Sequence record: SRR33789315_30
Direction: 5' to 3' (one strand)
DNA: 61,763 nt
Every line of letters starts with the position of its first letter. Positions within the stretch are counted from its first letter, which is position 1. The position numbers were made by a program, and so were the translations under genes. Positions 28,115 to 36,507 of this stretch are shown here, in pieces. The notes below the pieces were generated by a model that worked only from the letters and a program-made list of their open reading frames with translations, ran no database searches and was not told the DNA's origin.

Positions 28115-30289
28115 ATGATTAAAATTCATCCGAAGACGCTTATTGATCTTGAGTTCCCTACCGTTTGCCAACAATTGGCCAATTTGTGCATCACAGAAAT
28201 GGGGAAAGAAAAGGCTGTAAAAACCATTCCGCAATCTAGTTATTCCAAAACGGTATTTGCTTTAAATCAAACTCAGGAATACCTCAGTTCAGATGTTCAA
28301 GAACAACCTATACCTAATCACGGTTTTGATCAATTAGACCACGAAATAAAACTTCTCAACATAGAAGACACCATTCTAGAAGTAGGTAGTTTTAGAAAAA
28401 TTACAAATATTTCACAAACAGTAAATACCCAACTTCGCTATTTTATAAAATACCAACACCTCTACCCTAGTCTTTTTAAAACTACTGAGGATACCCAATA
28501 TACAACAGCAATAATAGATGAGATTGATAAAATTGTGGACCGTTTTGGCGAGATTAAAGATGATGCTTCTTCTCTTCTAGCCCAAACCAGACAAGCAATT
28601 AATCAAGTAAAAGGACAAATTAATTCGAGTTTTTCAACCGCCTTATCCCATTATCAATCTGCAGGGTATCTAGATGATATTCGCGAATCTATTGTAGATA
28701 ATGTTCGTGTATTAGCTGTTATAGCGATGCATCGCAGAAAGGTAAAAGGGAGCATATTAGGTAATTCTAAAACAGGTAGCATTGTTTACATTCAGCCAGA
28801 GGCTACCCAACGATATCAACGCGAACTCAATAATCTGGAATATGAAGAAAATGAAGAAATCAAACGCATTAGAAAAGAATTAACAAATTTTCTTCGACCA
28901 TTTACGCCTTTGCTTATTGATTATCAAGCACTATTGAGTACCATAGATGTAATTGCTGCAAAAGCTAAATATGCCAAAAAGTTAAATGCCATTTTACCTA
29001 AAATTACAAAAGAGCGGGAGTTTAATTTAAAAGAAGCCTACCATCCACTGCTTTATTTAAACAATAAAAAACGTAACGAAAAAACCTATCCGCAGGATAT
29101 TTCGCTTGACGCAAACAAAAGAATTATTGTGATAAGTGGCCCCAATGCCGGCGGAAAAAGCATCACCTTAAAAACAGTAGGATTACTTCAAGTTATGCTA
29201 CAGAGCGGTATGCTTATTCCGGTACACGCGTACTCTCGCGTATGCTTTTTTGATAAAATACTAACAGATATTGGAGACAATCAAAGTATTGAAAATCATT
29301 TAAGCACCTATAGCTACCGTCTCAAGAATATGAATTATTTCTTACGAAAATGTGACGACAAAACCCTTTTCCTTATAGATGAATTTGGTACGGGAAGCGA
29401 TCCTGAATTAGGTGGTGCGCTGGCCGAAACTTTTCTGGAAGTCTTTCACGAGCGCGGTAGTTATGGCATCATTACTACACATTACTCCAATTTAAAAATG
29501 ATGGCAAATGAGACCGAAGGTATCTCAAATGCCAATATGCTATTTGATGCACACACACTCGAACCGTTATTCAAATTACATTTAGGTGAGGCTGGAAGCT
29601 CTTTTACCTTTGAGGTTGCTCAAAAAAACGGAATTCCTTACTCGTTAATCAATCGCTCTAAAAAGAAAGTTGAACGTGGTAAAATACGTTTTGATAAGAG
29701 CATTGCAGACCTACAAAAAGAACGCAGCAAGCTGGCAAAAACAAACACTTCCCTCAAGGACAATGAGCAAAAAGCGATTCAACGCCAGCAAAAACTAGAC
29801 GAAATAAATGATCGCGTACAACAAAAGCTGGAAAGTTTTCAAGAGCTTTATGATAGCAACCAGCGTCTTATTTATTTAGGGCAAAAACTGGATGACCTTT
29901 CTGAAAAGTTCTTTAGTAACAAAAATAAAAAGCTACTCATTAGCGAACTTATAAAAGTTGTTCAAATTGAGAATTCCAAACGGGTACAAAAGACAGTAAA
30001 AGAGAAAAAAGCAGAAAAAATAAAGGTTGAAAAAGTAAAACAAGAAGCCGAAAAGAAAATTGAGGTTATTCGCGAACAGAAAAAAGAGGAAAAAAAGAAA
30101 AAAGAAATTATTGAAAAAACCAAACCCAAAGTCGCTTTAAAAGTGGGCGACAGGGTACGTCTTCCCGATGGTCGAGCAGTAGGTAGTATTGATGAAATAG
30201 AACGCGGTAAAGCGATTGTTAATTATGGGATGTTTACCACCAATATCGACGTAGATCAATTAGAACTGGTGCAAGCAGCGAAAAAGTAG
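28115..30289 (+). CDS. mutS2: MutS2-family ATPase lacking the C-terminal Smr domain
   Basis: SGPNAGGKS, DIGDNQSIENHLSTYS, DEFGTGSDP, ITTHY; coiled coil; ends at KOW-like LKVGDRV. ATG at 28115 preferred over TTG at 28109. Confidence 0.9.
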   Translation: MIKIHPKTLIDLEFPTVCQQLANLCITEMGKEKAVKTIPQSSYSKTVFALNQTQEYLSSDVQEQPIPNHGFDQLDHEIKLLNIEDTILEVGSFRKITNISQTVNTQLRYFIKYQHLYPSLFKTTEDTQYTTAIIDEIDKIVDRFGEIKDDASSLLAQTRQAINQVKGQINSSFSTALSHYQSAGYLDDIRESIVDNVRVLAVIAMHRRKVKGSILGNSKTGSIVYIQPEATQRYQRELNNLEYEENEEIKRIRKELTNFLRPFTPLLIDYQALLSTIDVIAAKAKYAKKLNAILPKITKEREFNLKEAYHPLLYLNNKKRNEKTYPQDISLDANKRIIVISGPNAGGKSITLKTVGLLQVMLQSGMLIPVHAYSRVCFFDKILTDIGDNQSIENHLSTYSYRLKNMNYFLRKCDDKTLFLIDEFGTGSDPELGGALAETFLEVFHERGSYGIITTHYSNLKMMANETEGISNANMLFDAHTLEPLFKLHLGEAGSSFTFEVAQKNGIPYSLINRSKKKVERGKIRFDKSIADLQKERSKLAKTNTSLKDNEQKAIQRQQKLDEINDRVQQKLESFQELYDSNQRLIYLGQKLDDLSEKFFSNKNKKLLISELIKVVQIENSKRVQKTVKEKKAEKIKVEKVKQEAEKKIEVIREQKKEEKKKKEIIEKTKPKVALKVGDRVRLPDGRAVGSIDEIERGKAIVNYGMFTTNIDVDQLELVQAAKK

Positions 30290-30314
30290 CTGGTAGCTTG
30301 TATCTTGTAAGTTT
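30287..30314 (+). repeat. Degenerate heptamer tandem repeat
   Basis: TAGCTGG-TAGCTTG-TATCTTG-TAAGTTT beginning at the mutS2 stop codon. Confidence 0.6.
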
Positions 30315-30333
30315 GAACAATAAACACATTATA

Positions 30334-30783
30334 ATGAAACATTTTTTTTATTTATCAATTTTAATTTTAATAGGCAATCAATCATTCGGACAAATGGTTA
30401 TGACTGCAGAAGGAGTAAATCCAGATAATGTTTGCAATCCAAACAATGTATATTTCCTTATGGAGAGAAAAGCTAGGCCTATAGAACCTATCGACTCCAT
30501 TGAAGTTAGACTAAATGAGACCGTTACTTTTGCTAAAGATAATCCAGACTTCACTGGGAAATCATCTATACAATTCGCGGTAAATTGCAATGGTGAAGTT
30601 GGTGGCGGATTCCACGTTGTTATAAAAACTGGAGATATTGAATTTGATAACAAACTAGTTGAATTTTTTAAGACTATTGAAAACTGGAAAGCTGGTAAAA
30701 AGAATAAAAAGAAAGCTGTTGATAGCTGGTATATGTGGAGATTAGAAGTGAAAGATGGGTTTATAGCTATTCAAAATAGATGA
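30334..30783 (+). CDS. Secreted hypothetical protein, possibly TonB C-terminal-like
   Basis: Likely start ATG 30334 (MKHFFYLSILILIGNQSFG signal peptide); IQFAVNCNGEV...WKAG...VDSWY pattern recalls TonB_C-like domains. Confidence 0.55.
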   Translation: MKHFFYLSILILIGNQSFGQMVMTAEGVNPDNVCNPNNVYFLMERKARPIEPIDSIEVRLNETVTFAKDNPDFTGKSSIQFAVNCNGEVGGGFHVVIKTGDIEFDNKLVEFFKTIENWKAGKKNKKKAVDSWYMWRLEVKDGFIAIQNR

Positions 30784-30838
30784 CGCTTGCCTGCAATGGT
30801 GTAATTAATTCCAAGAAATAAGCTGTTAAATAGCTAAT

Positions 30839-30880
30839 ACTTCAGACTTCCCACTTCTAACTTCCCACTTCAAACTTCCT
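30839..30880 (+). repeat. Heptamer tandem repeat (ACTTCNN)x6
   Basis: ACTTCAG-ACTTCCC-ACTTCTA-ACTTCCC-ACTTCAA-ACTTCCT read directly. Confidence 0.9.
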
Positions 30881-30895
30881 TTGTAACTTTACCTA

Positions 30896-31297
30896 ATGGC
30901 AGAAAAGAAAATCATAGTGTTTGACGGCATTTGCAATTTATGCAACAACGCCATTAATTTTGTGATTAAGCACGATTCAAAAAACGTGTTTCAGTTTGCC
31001 ACCTTACAGAGTGAAACAGGCAAGGCACTACTTAAAAAATTTAATATTAATCCAGCAGAAACAGATTCTATTATCTTAATAGCTGGAGATACATACTCTG
31101 TAAAATCAACTGCAGCTTTACATATTTCTAAGTCTCTTAATGCAGCTTATCCCCTGTTTTTTGGTTTTATGATTGTCCCTAATTTTATACGCAATGCCAT
31201 TTATGATTATATAGCTAAAAATAGGTATAAGTGGTTTGGCAAAAAAGAGAGCTGCATGATTCCTACTCCAGAACTTAAAGCTAAATTCTTAGATTAA
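30896..31297 (+). CDS. DCC1-like thiol-disulfide oxidoreductase (YuxK family)
   Basis: FDGICNLC (DxxCxxC), F.TLQS, YDYIAKNRYKWFGK. Confidence 0.92.
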   Translation: MAEKKIIVFDGICNLCNNAINFVIKHDSKNVFQFATLQSETGKALLKKFNINPAETDSIILIAGDTYSVKSTAALHISKSLNAAYPLFFGFMIVPNFIRNAIYDYIAKNRYKWFGKKESCMIPTPELKAKFLD

Positions 31298-31429
31298 CCC
31301 ATTTGCTTGTAGTTATTATGTTTGCCAACTGTTTTCGCTTTTGCGAAAGCAAAACTATAGGTAAAACGATACTTTTTTCTTATTCACTAACGTTATAATT
31401 AAGTATATTTAAGCAAAACTTCTTATCTT

Positions 31430-33358
31430 ATGAAAGCTCTCTTTTTGGTATTAACCGCCTATTTTATAAGTATCTCTTCGTCTTTAGCTGCCCATTATCC
31501 ACCTACAGAAATAACATCTTCTATTGAAAAAGTCACCGTTTTCTTAAAAGGAGCCAGTATAGAACGTACGGCAACTGTCTCTGTAAAAGCAGGGCAAAAT
31601 AAAATTGTATTTAATAATCTTTCGCCTGCTATTATTGCCAATAGTATCCAGTTTAAGGGATTAAAAAATGCTTCGGTTTTAGCAATAAATTTCAACATTG
31701 ATTTTCTGGATAAGAAAGAACAATCTGCAGCTTATACTAAATTAAATAGTGAACTTGATGTACTCTTATTTGATAAAAATAATATCCAAAACACCATTTC
31801 AGGATATGAACGCGAACTCAAATTACTGGATAATAACCAACGTATTAATAGCGACCAGACTGATCTTTCGTTAGAAAAAATAAAACAAATTTCTGCTTAT
31901 TACCGCGAGCGTAGCACTGCGATTAATAATGCTATTTACAAGGAACGTGAAACACTTGCTGAGCTCGATAAAAAAATAAGAGATTACAATTTAGAGTTAC
32001 AAAAGCTTAATGATACCCGACGAGAAAAAAGAGGTGAAATCACCCTGAAACTTGATGCTGAACAAACCTCAACCCTGGATATAAACATCTCTTATACCAT
32101 TACAGATGCAGGCTGGTTTCCCATTTACGATATACGTGCAGACAACACCTCAAGTCCTATCTCGCTTAAATACAAAGGGAATGTGTATCAACAAAGCGGC
32201 GTAGATTGGGAGGATGTAAAACTCGTACTCTCTACAGGTGATCCTAATACCAATAACATCAAACCAGACCTAGCAACCAAATACCTCAACTTTGTTAGTC
32301 CATATTATAAAAAAGCTTCTGCTACAAACCGAAGCAATTATAAATTCAACCCTACCATACGCACCGTTTCGGGAATAGTTCTCGATGAATCGGGAACACC
32401 ATTGCCAGGCACAAGTGTACTTGTACGTGGCACCAACACAGGAACTACTACAGATTTTGACGGAAATTATACCATCAACATTAACGGCGGTCAGGAATTG
32501 GCCTTTTCCTATGTAGGTTTTAATACCGAAGTGCTTCCCGTATATTCTTCGGTAATGAATGTGAATATGGAAGAATCCCATGAATCCTTAGATGAAGTTG
32601 TGGTTGTGGGATATGGTGTACAGCGAGATAAGAAAGCATTAGGATATGCCGTTTCAGATGTGCTAGGATCAGCTCCGGGAGTCAAAATTCGCGGCATAAG
32701 CAGTATGGAACCTGCACAATACAATGAAACGGTTGAAGCTAAAGAAGAAAGCCTTACTAACATCAGGTTTACCATTAAAAAAAGCTATACGATCGTCTCC
32801 AGTAACGAAGTAACTACGATAGAAATTGACGATTTTGAGTTACCTGCCTCCTACCAGCATTATGCAGCACCAGAACTTAATGAAAACGTATTTCTTACCG
32901 CTACTGTAACAGACTGGGAAAAATATGACCTGCTTTATGGGGAAGCCAATATTTATTTTGACGGAAGTTATGCCGGCAAGACCGAAATTAATCCCATTGC
33001 CACGACAGATAGTCTGGAAGTCTCGATGGGAATAGACCCCAATGTGATTGTAACTCGTGAGAAGCTAGATAACTTTAAAAGCAAATCTTTCCTTGGCGGA
33101 AACCGAGTGATTCAACAAGGGTATAAAATAGAGGTGAAAAACAATAAGAGCACAGCTATCAACCTATTACTGGAAGATCGCATTCCTATCTCGCAAAACA
33201 AAGAGATTAAGGTAGATGATGTTGAAACGGGTGATTCAAAATATAATACAGAAACTGGTATCATGCAATGGAAGTTAGATCTCGCAACAAAAGCGACTAC
33301 AAAAAAGGAATTTTCATACGAAGTACGCTATCCTAAAAACCGACATATTAATTTGTAA
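31430..33358 (+). CDS. DUF4140/DUF4139 secreted protein with an inserted carboxypeptidase-regulatory-like (SusC N-terminal type) domain
   Basis: Signal peptide; VTVFLKGA.I.R, AGW.PIYD.R, QQSGVDW..V.L.LST, D.IP.S (DUF4139/4140); internal SGIVLDESG.PLPG..V...TTTDFDGNY...LDEVVVVGYG. Confidence 0.82.
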   Translation: MKALFLVLTAYFISISSSLAAHYPPTEITSSIEKVTVFLKGASIERTATVSVKAGQNKIVFNNLSPAIIANSIQFKGLKNASVLAINFNIDFLDKKEQSAAYTKLNSELDVLLFDKNNIQNTISGYERELKLLDNNQRINSDQTDLSLEKIKQISAYYRERSTAINNAIYKERETLAELDKKIRDYNLELQKLNDTRREKRGEITLKLDAEQTSTLDINISYTITDAGWFPIYDIRADNTSSPISLKYKGNVYQQSGVDWEDVKLVLSTGDPNTNNIKPDLATKYLNFVSPYYKKASATNRSNYKFNPTIRTVSGIVLDESGTPLPGTSVLVRGTNTGTTTDFDGNYTININGGQELAFSYVGFNTEVLPVYSSVMNVNMEESHESLDEVVVVGYGVQRDKKALGYAVSDVLGSAPGVKIRGISSMEPAQYNETVEAKEESLTNIRFTIKKSYTIVSSNEVTTIEIDDFELPASYQHYAAPELNENVFLTATVTDWEKYDLLYGEANIYFDGSYAGKTEINPIATTDSLEVSMGIDPNVIVTREKLDNFKSKSFLGGNRVIQQGYKIEVKNNKSTAINLLLEDRIPISQNKEIKVDDVETGDSKYNTETGIMQWKLDLATKATTKKEFSYEVRYPKNRHINL

Positions 33359-34516
33359 TTACTTTAAATTCTTTAAAATAAAATCAAGCTTTTTATTCTT
33401 GTTGTTATTGGCTACAAAAGACGTACTTAAATATTGCGCAGGTTCGGCAAGGCCTATTTCCTGTAATTTATTTATGGTTTCTAGATATTCTAAAGTTACT
33501 TTTCCAGTGAGTAAATTCATATAATTCACACCATTTTGACTGGCATCATAGATTTTCTTTAATCCGGTAAGATACAAGGCATCTTTAGTAAAGCCGCCAC
33601 CCCGATGCGCGCGTAAAGTCACTTGCCAAGACATACTTCTGTCTAATTTGTATTGATTATGTAAGAGATCAAATGTGTCTTTAAAATCATATCCTTTGCG
33701 TAAACTATCTGCTGCCAGCACACGATAGGCTAAAACTTTCAACCGTCGCATGGTGAGACACCCAGACATATATTCACTAAAAACGGCCAGACCTTCTTGG
33801 GTTTCGGTATTATTTACAAAACCGTTAGAGAAAATTTTTAAGGGCTGTTTTTTACCATTAAACGTGGTGACTAGATGTACCCCTATCTCATGATTAGCCA
33901 ATACCTGTAATTGATTTTCGCTAAAAACGTGGTTTTTCTTGAGCAACAAGGTTTCTGTAGCATTAAGTACCATAGCCTCTGCAGAAATATGTGTGCTTTG
34001 TTGTATTTTAAATTTAAAATCATAGCGCTCGCCAAAAACTTTAAAATAGGCTTCTGCCTCATTTGCCGTATAGCGCGGCAACATCTCATCTATAGTAAGA
34101 TCATCTTCAAAATGCAGAATAAACTTAGCGTTTTCTACATCGCGTTCTTTTGGAGTGCCAAAAACTTTTAAGGAATTATAATAAAACCGCTTGCCCTCAC
34201 CTATGCTTGCAAGACATTCTACTAAGCCTGAATATTCATAGATAATATCCTCATACAGTTTATGAATAACGGGATCTTTAATTTGCTCTAACGGAAGATT
34301 GAAAAATAACCGCTGCATTTGAAAAGGTTCAAACTTGAGTTTGCGGTAATTAAATTGTGGATTTTCAGCATATTTTGAAGCAAAAAACTTACGCTTTTCC
34401 TGTTCAATATTCAACGGATTGAGATAATACAACAACTCAACATCTCGCACCAGTTTATCTAACTGGTTATCAATATTAAAAAGGGTTGTATAATTCTGAA
34501 CAGCATCTATTTGCAT
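33359..34516 (-). CDS. QEGLA-motif / DUF1704 (MATCAP-like) metallopeptidase
   Basis: HEIGVH (HExxxH), TQEGLAVFSE, RGGGFTKDALYL.G. Confidence 0.88.
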   Translation of the reverse strand: MQIDAVQNYTTLFNIDNQLDKLVRDVELLYYLNPLNIEQEKRKFFASKYAENPQFNYRKLKFEPFQMQRLFFNLPLEQIKDPVIHKLYEDIIYEYSGLVECLASIGEGKRFYYNSLKVFGTPKERDVENAKFILHFEDDLTIDEMLPRYTANEAEAYFKVFGERYDFKFKIQQSTHISAEAMVLNATETLLLKKNHVFSENQLQVLANHEIGVHLVTTFNGKKQPLKIFSNGFVNNTETQEGLAVFSEYMSGCLTMRRLKVLAYRVLAADSLRKGYDFKDTFDLLHNQYKLDRSMSWQVTLRAHRGGGFTKDALYLTGLKKIYDASQNGVNYMNLLTGKVTLEYLETINKLQEIGLAEPAQYLSTSFVANNNKNKKLDFILKNLK

Positions 34517-34535
34517 CCTGCATATTTAAAAGGTG

Positions 34536-34543
34536 CAAATTTA
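34536..34543 (-). promoter_or_regulatory. Internal -7 promoter element upstream of the QEGLA gene
   Basis: TAAATTTG on - strand about 19 nt upstream of ATG 34516. Confidence 0.5.
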
Positions 34544-34569
34544 AACATCTCATGATAAAACGATCTCAA

Positions 34570-35397
34570 TTAGTCTGTTTTTGCCAAAAAAAGCTCAACA
34601 TGAGTGTTTATTTTACCACGCAAGCCTTTTTCTATAGCGGCAACCACTTCTGGAAAAATGATTCCGGTAAGCTCATCACAATAGATTTTTGAAAATTCTG
34701 TAGCCAGCACCAATACATTAGGAAAGTGCTGTGTGATATATTTTAAAAAATAACCATTACCTTGAAAGGTATCATTAATACCTGCTGTAGTAATATTGTT
34801 ATGTGGTAATTCTATTTGCGACAACATATCGCGCCAAGCTTCGGCTAATTCACCAAATCTTGCTTGATCTATATTTGTAGTACCTAGGTTTATAACAGGA
34901 ACTTCCCTATCCCAACGTTTCCAGTTATAAGAATGCATATCATAAACAACAGCTTTCCCGTGAATTGAAGTCACTTTTTCTACCAGAGCGTGTACCACCT
35001 CATAAAAAGCTTGATGTTTGGCTAGGCTTTGTTGTTTTTCGGCTTCAGAAAGAGGTGTTTTCCATAATTTTTTACCCCAAGCGTCTTCATATATTGCATT
35101 TTCGGGATCGCGATTAAGATCATATTCAAAACGACTGTCACAACCCGCAATAACGATAGGATGGGATTTTACAAAATAGTTAGTACAGGGATCTTCTTCA
35201 TACCAGCGATCATATTCACTATGCAAACATTTTTCCCATAAGTCTTTTCTAAATTGGTGTCCATTGTGCACGGCACCACAAATATAAGGGACAAATTCTT
35301 CTACTTTAAGCGTAAAGGAATAATCACTGGCGACAGCTTCAAAAGTTTCTCCGTTTTTTATTTTAGCTATAATTTCTGCTACTGTAAGATATTGCAT
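34570..35397 (-). CDS. N-formylglutamate amidohydrolase family protein
   Basis: AVHNGH, EEDP.T, SRFEYDLNR, YDMHSY, NLGT, ND.FQG, LATE motifs of the FGase (zinc carboxypeptidase-like) family. Confidence 0.85.
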   Translation of the reverse strand: MQYLTVAEIIAKIKNGETFEAVASDYSFTLKVEEFVPYICGAVHNGHQFRKDLWEKCLHSEYDRWYEEDPCTNYFVKSHPIVIAGCDSRFEYDLNRDPENAIYEDAWGKKLWKTPLSEAEKQQSLAKHQAFYEVVHALVEKVTSIHGKAVVYDMHSYNWKRWDREVPVINLGTTNIDQARFGELAEAWRDMLSQIELPHNNITTAGINDTFQGNGYFLKYITQHFPNVLVLATEFSKIYCDELTGIIFPEVVAAIEKGLRGKINTHVELFLAKTD

Positions 35398-35409
35398 AAT
35401 AATTCGGTT

Positions 35410-36441
35410 TTAAGCCTCATCTACATGCTTGCGCAACTTGGCTCTTCTATCCATACGGTTAACGCGCGAAAGCACCATATCTTCTACAAAGTTGATTACC
35501 TTCTCGTGTACTTTCACCTTATAAACACGATTCATATACGTAATCCCGCCCGGACTCATAACATTTACCTCAACAAGCATTCCATTAATCACATCAATCC
35601 CAACAAAATACAAACCATCTTTAACCAATTTTGGTCCAATTTTACGGCAAAGTTCTTTTTCCTTTAGAGTCATAACGTGCTTGGCAATGGTTCCGCCCGC
35701 ACTTATATTAGAACGGTGATCATCTTCTCCGGGAACGCGTCGCATAGCGCCTATGGGTTTTCCGTTAAGCATAAGAATACGTACATCGCCCTGATCTGCT
35801 CCTTCTATATAATCTTGAAGAATGACATAGTTTGAAGTACCATCTTTATTTGTAATGTAGAAATCCAGCAACGAACTAATACTGTTCATCGCATTTTTTT
35901 CGATTAAAATAACCCCAGAACCTCCAAAACCATTGAGTGGTTTTAATATCATCTTGTCTTTATCTGACTCTTTGATCATTTTAAGGAGATAATCTTTATT
36001 CTTAGTTACATGGGTTTTGGGAATAAATTCATTGTTTTCGTCCTCAAAAACAGCAGTATATAATTTATTATTTGCTCTGCGGATTCCGTCTATATCATTC
36101 ATGATAAAAACATCATCTTTTACCGAATCTAAGAAATTGAGCATGATGGTATCTAATGGCGGATTACTGCGTAGAATAATAACATCAAACCCCGCAAGCG
36201 GAAGCATTTCATCTCTAAATTGTGCTTTTGTATGAAACGTTTTTTGTGACGAAGAAATCTTCTCTGCCCGTACAAGCACTTTACAAAATGCATACGTAAC
36301 ACTGTCTCTTATAGTAAGATTTGCAGGAGTAATTATAGCTACACCGTGCCCGCGCTTAGCGCATTCGCGTACAAGAGATAAAGAAGAATCATCCTCAGGC
36401 TTGATCTCTTCCCAAGGATACATCAGAAAACATACATTCAT
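35410..36441 (-). CDS. Glutathione synthetase-like ATP-grasp ligase
   Basis: GshB-like N-domain (FLMYPWE..., LRSNPPLD), KPLNGFGGSGV, QDYI, GDVRI, RSNISAGG, GIDVI, EVNV.SPGG. Substrate not established. Confidence 0.85.
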   Translation of the reverse strand: MNVCFLMYPWEEIKPEDDSSLSLVRECAKRGHGVAIITPANLTIRDSVTYAFCKVLVRAEKISSSQKTFHTKAQFRDEMLPLAGFDVIILRSNPPLDTIMLNFLDSVKDDVFIMNDIDGIRRANNKLYTAVFEDENNEFIPKTHVTKNKDYLLKMIKESDKDKMILKPLNGFGGSGVILIEKNAMNSISSLLDFYITNKDGTSNYVILQDYIEGADQGDVRILMLNGKPIGAMRRVPGEDDHRSNISAGGTIAKHVMTLKEKELCRKIGPKLVKDGLYFVGIDVINGMLVEVNVMSPGGITYMNRVYKVKVHEKVINFVEDMVLSRVNRMDRRAKLRKHVDEA

Positions 36442-36507
36442 ACAAATGATCTTAGTAAATTGAATACCTATCCTTTAAAGATAATAAACTTTGTGTTTTA
36501 ATATCTT

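Noticed and set aside
30839-30880. Possible CRISPR or mini-array
   Set aside because: Units are 7 nt with no spacers, and no cas genes are in the window; it is a simple tandem repeat.
35254-35667. 137-aa + strand ORF
   Set aside because: Antisense to the ATP-grasp and FGase genes; composition typical of a shadow frame.
35410-36441. Assigning the symbol gshB (true glutathione synthetase)
   Set aside because: The fold matches, but no gshA is nearby and the peptidase context suggests another substrate; symbol withheld.
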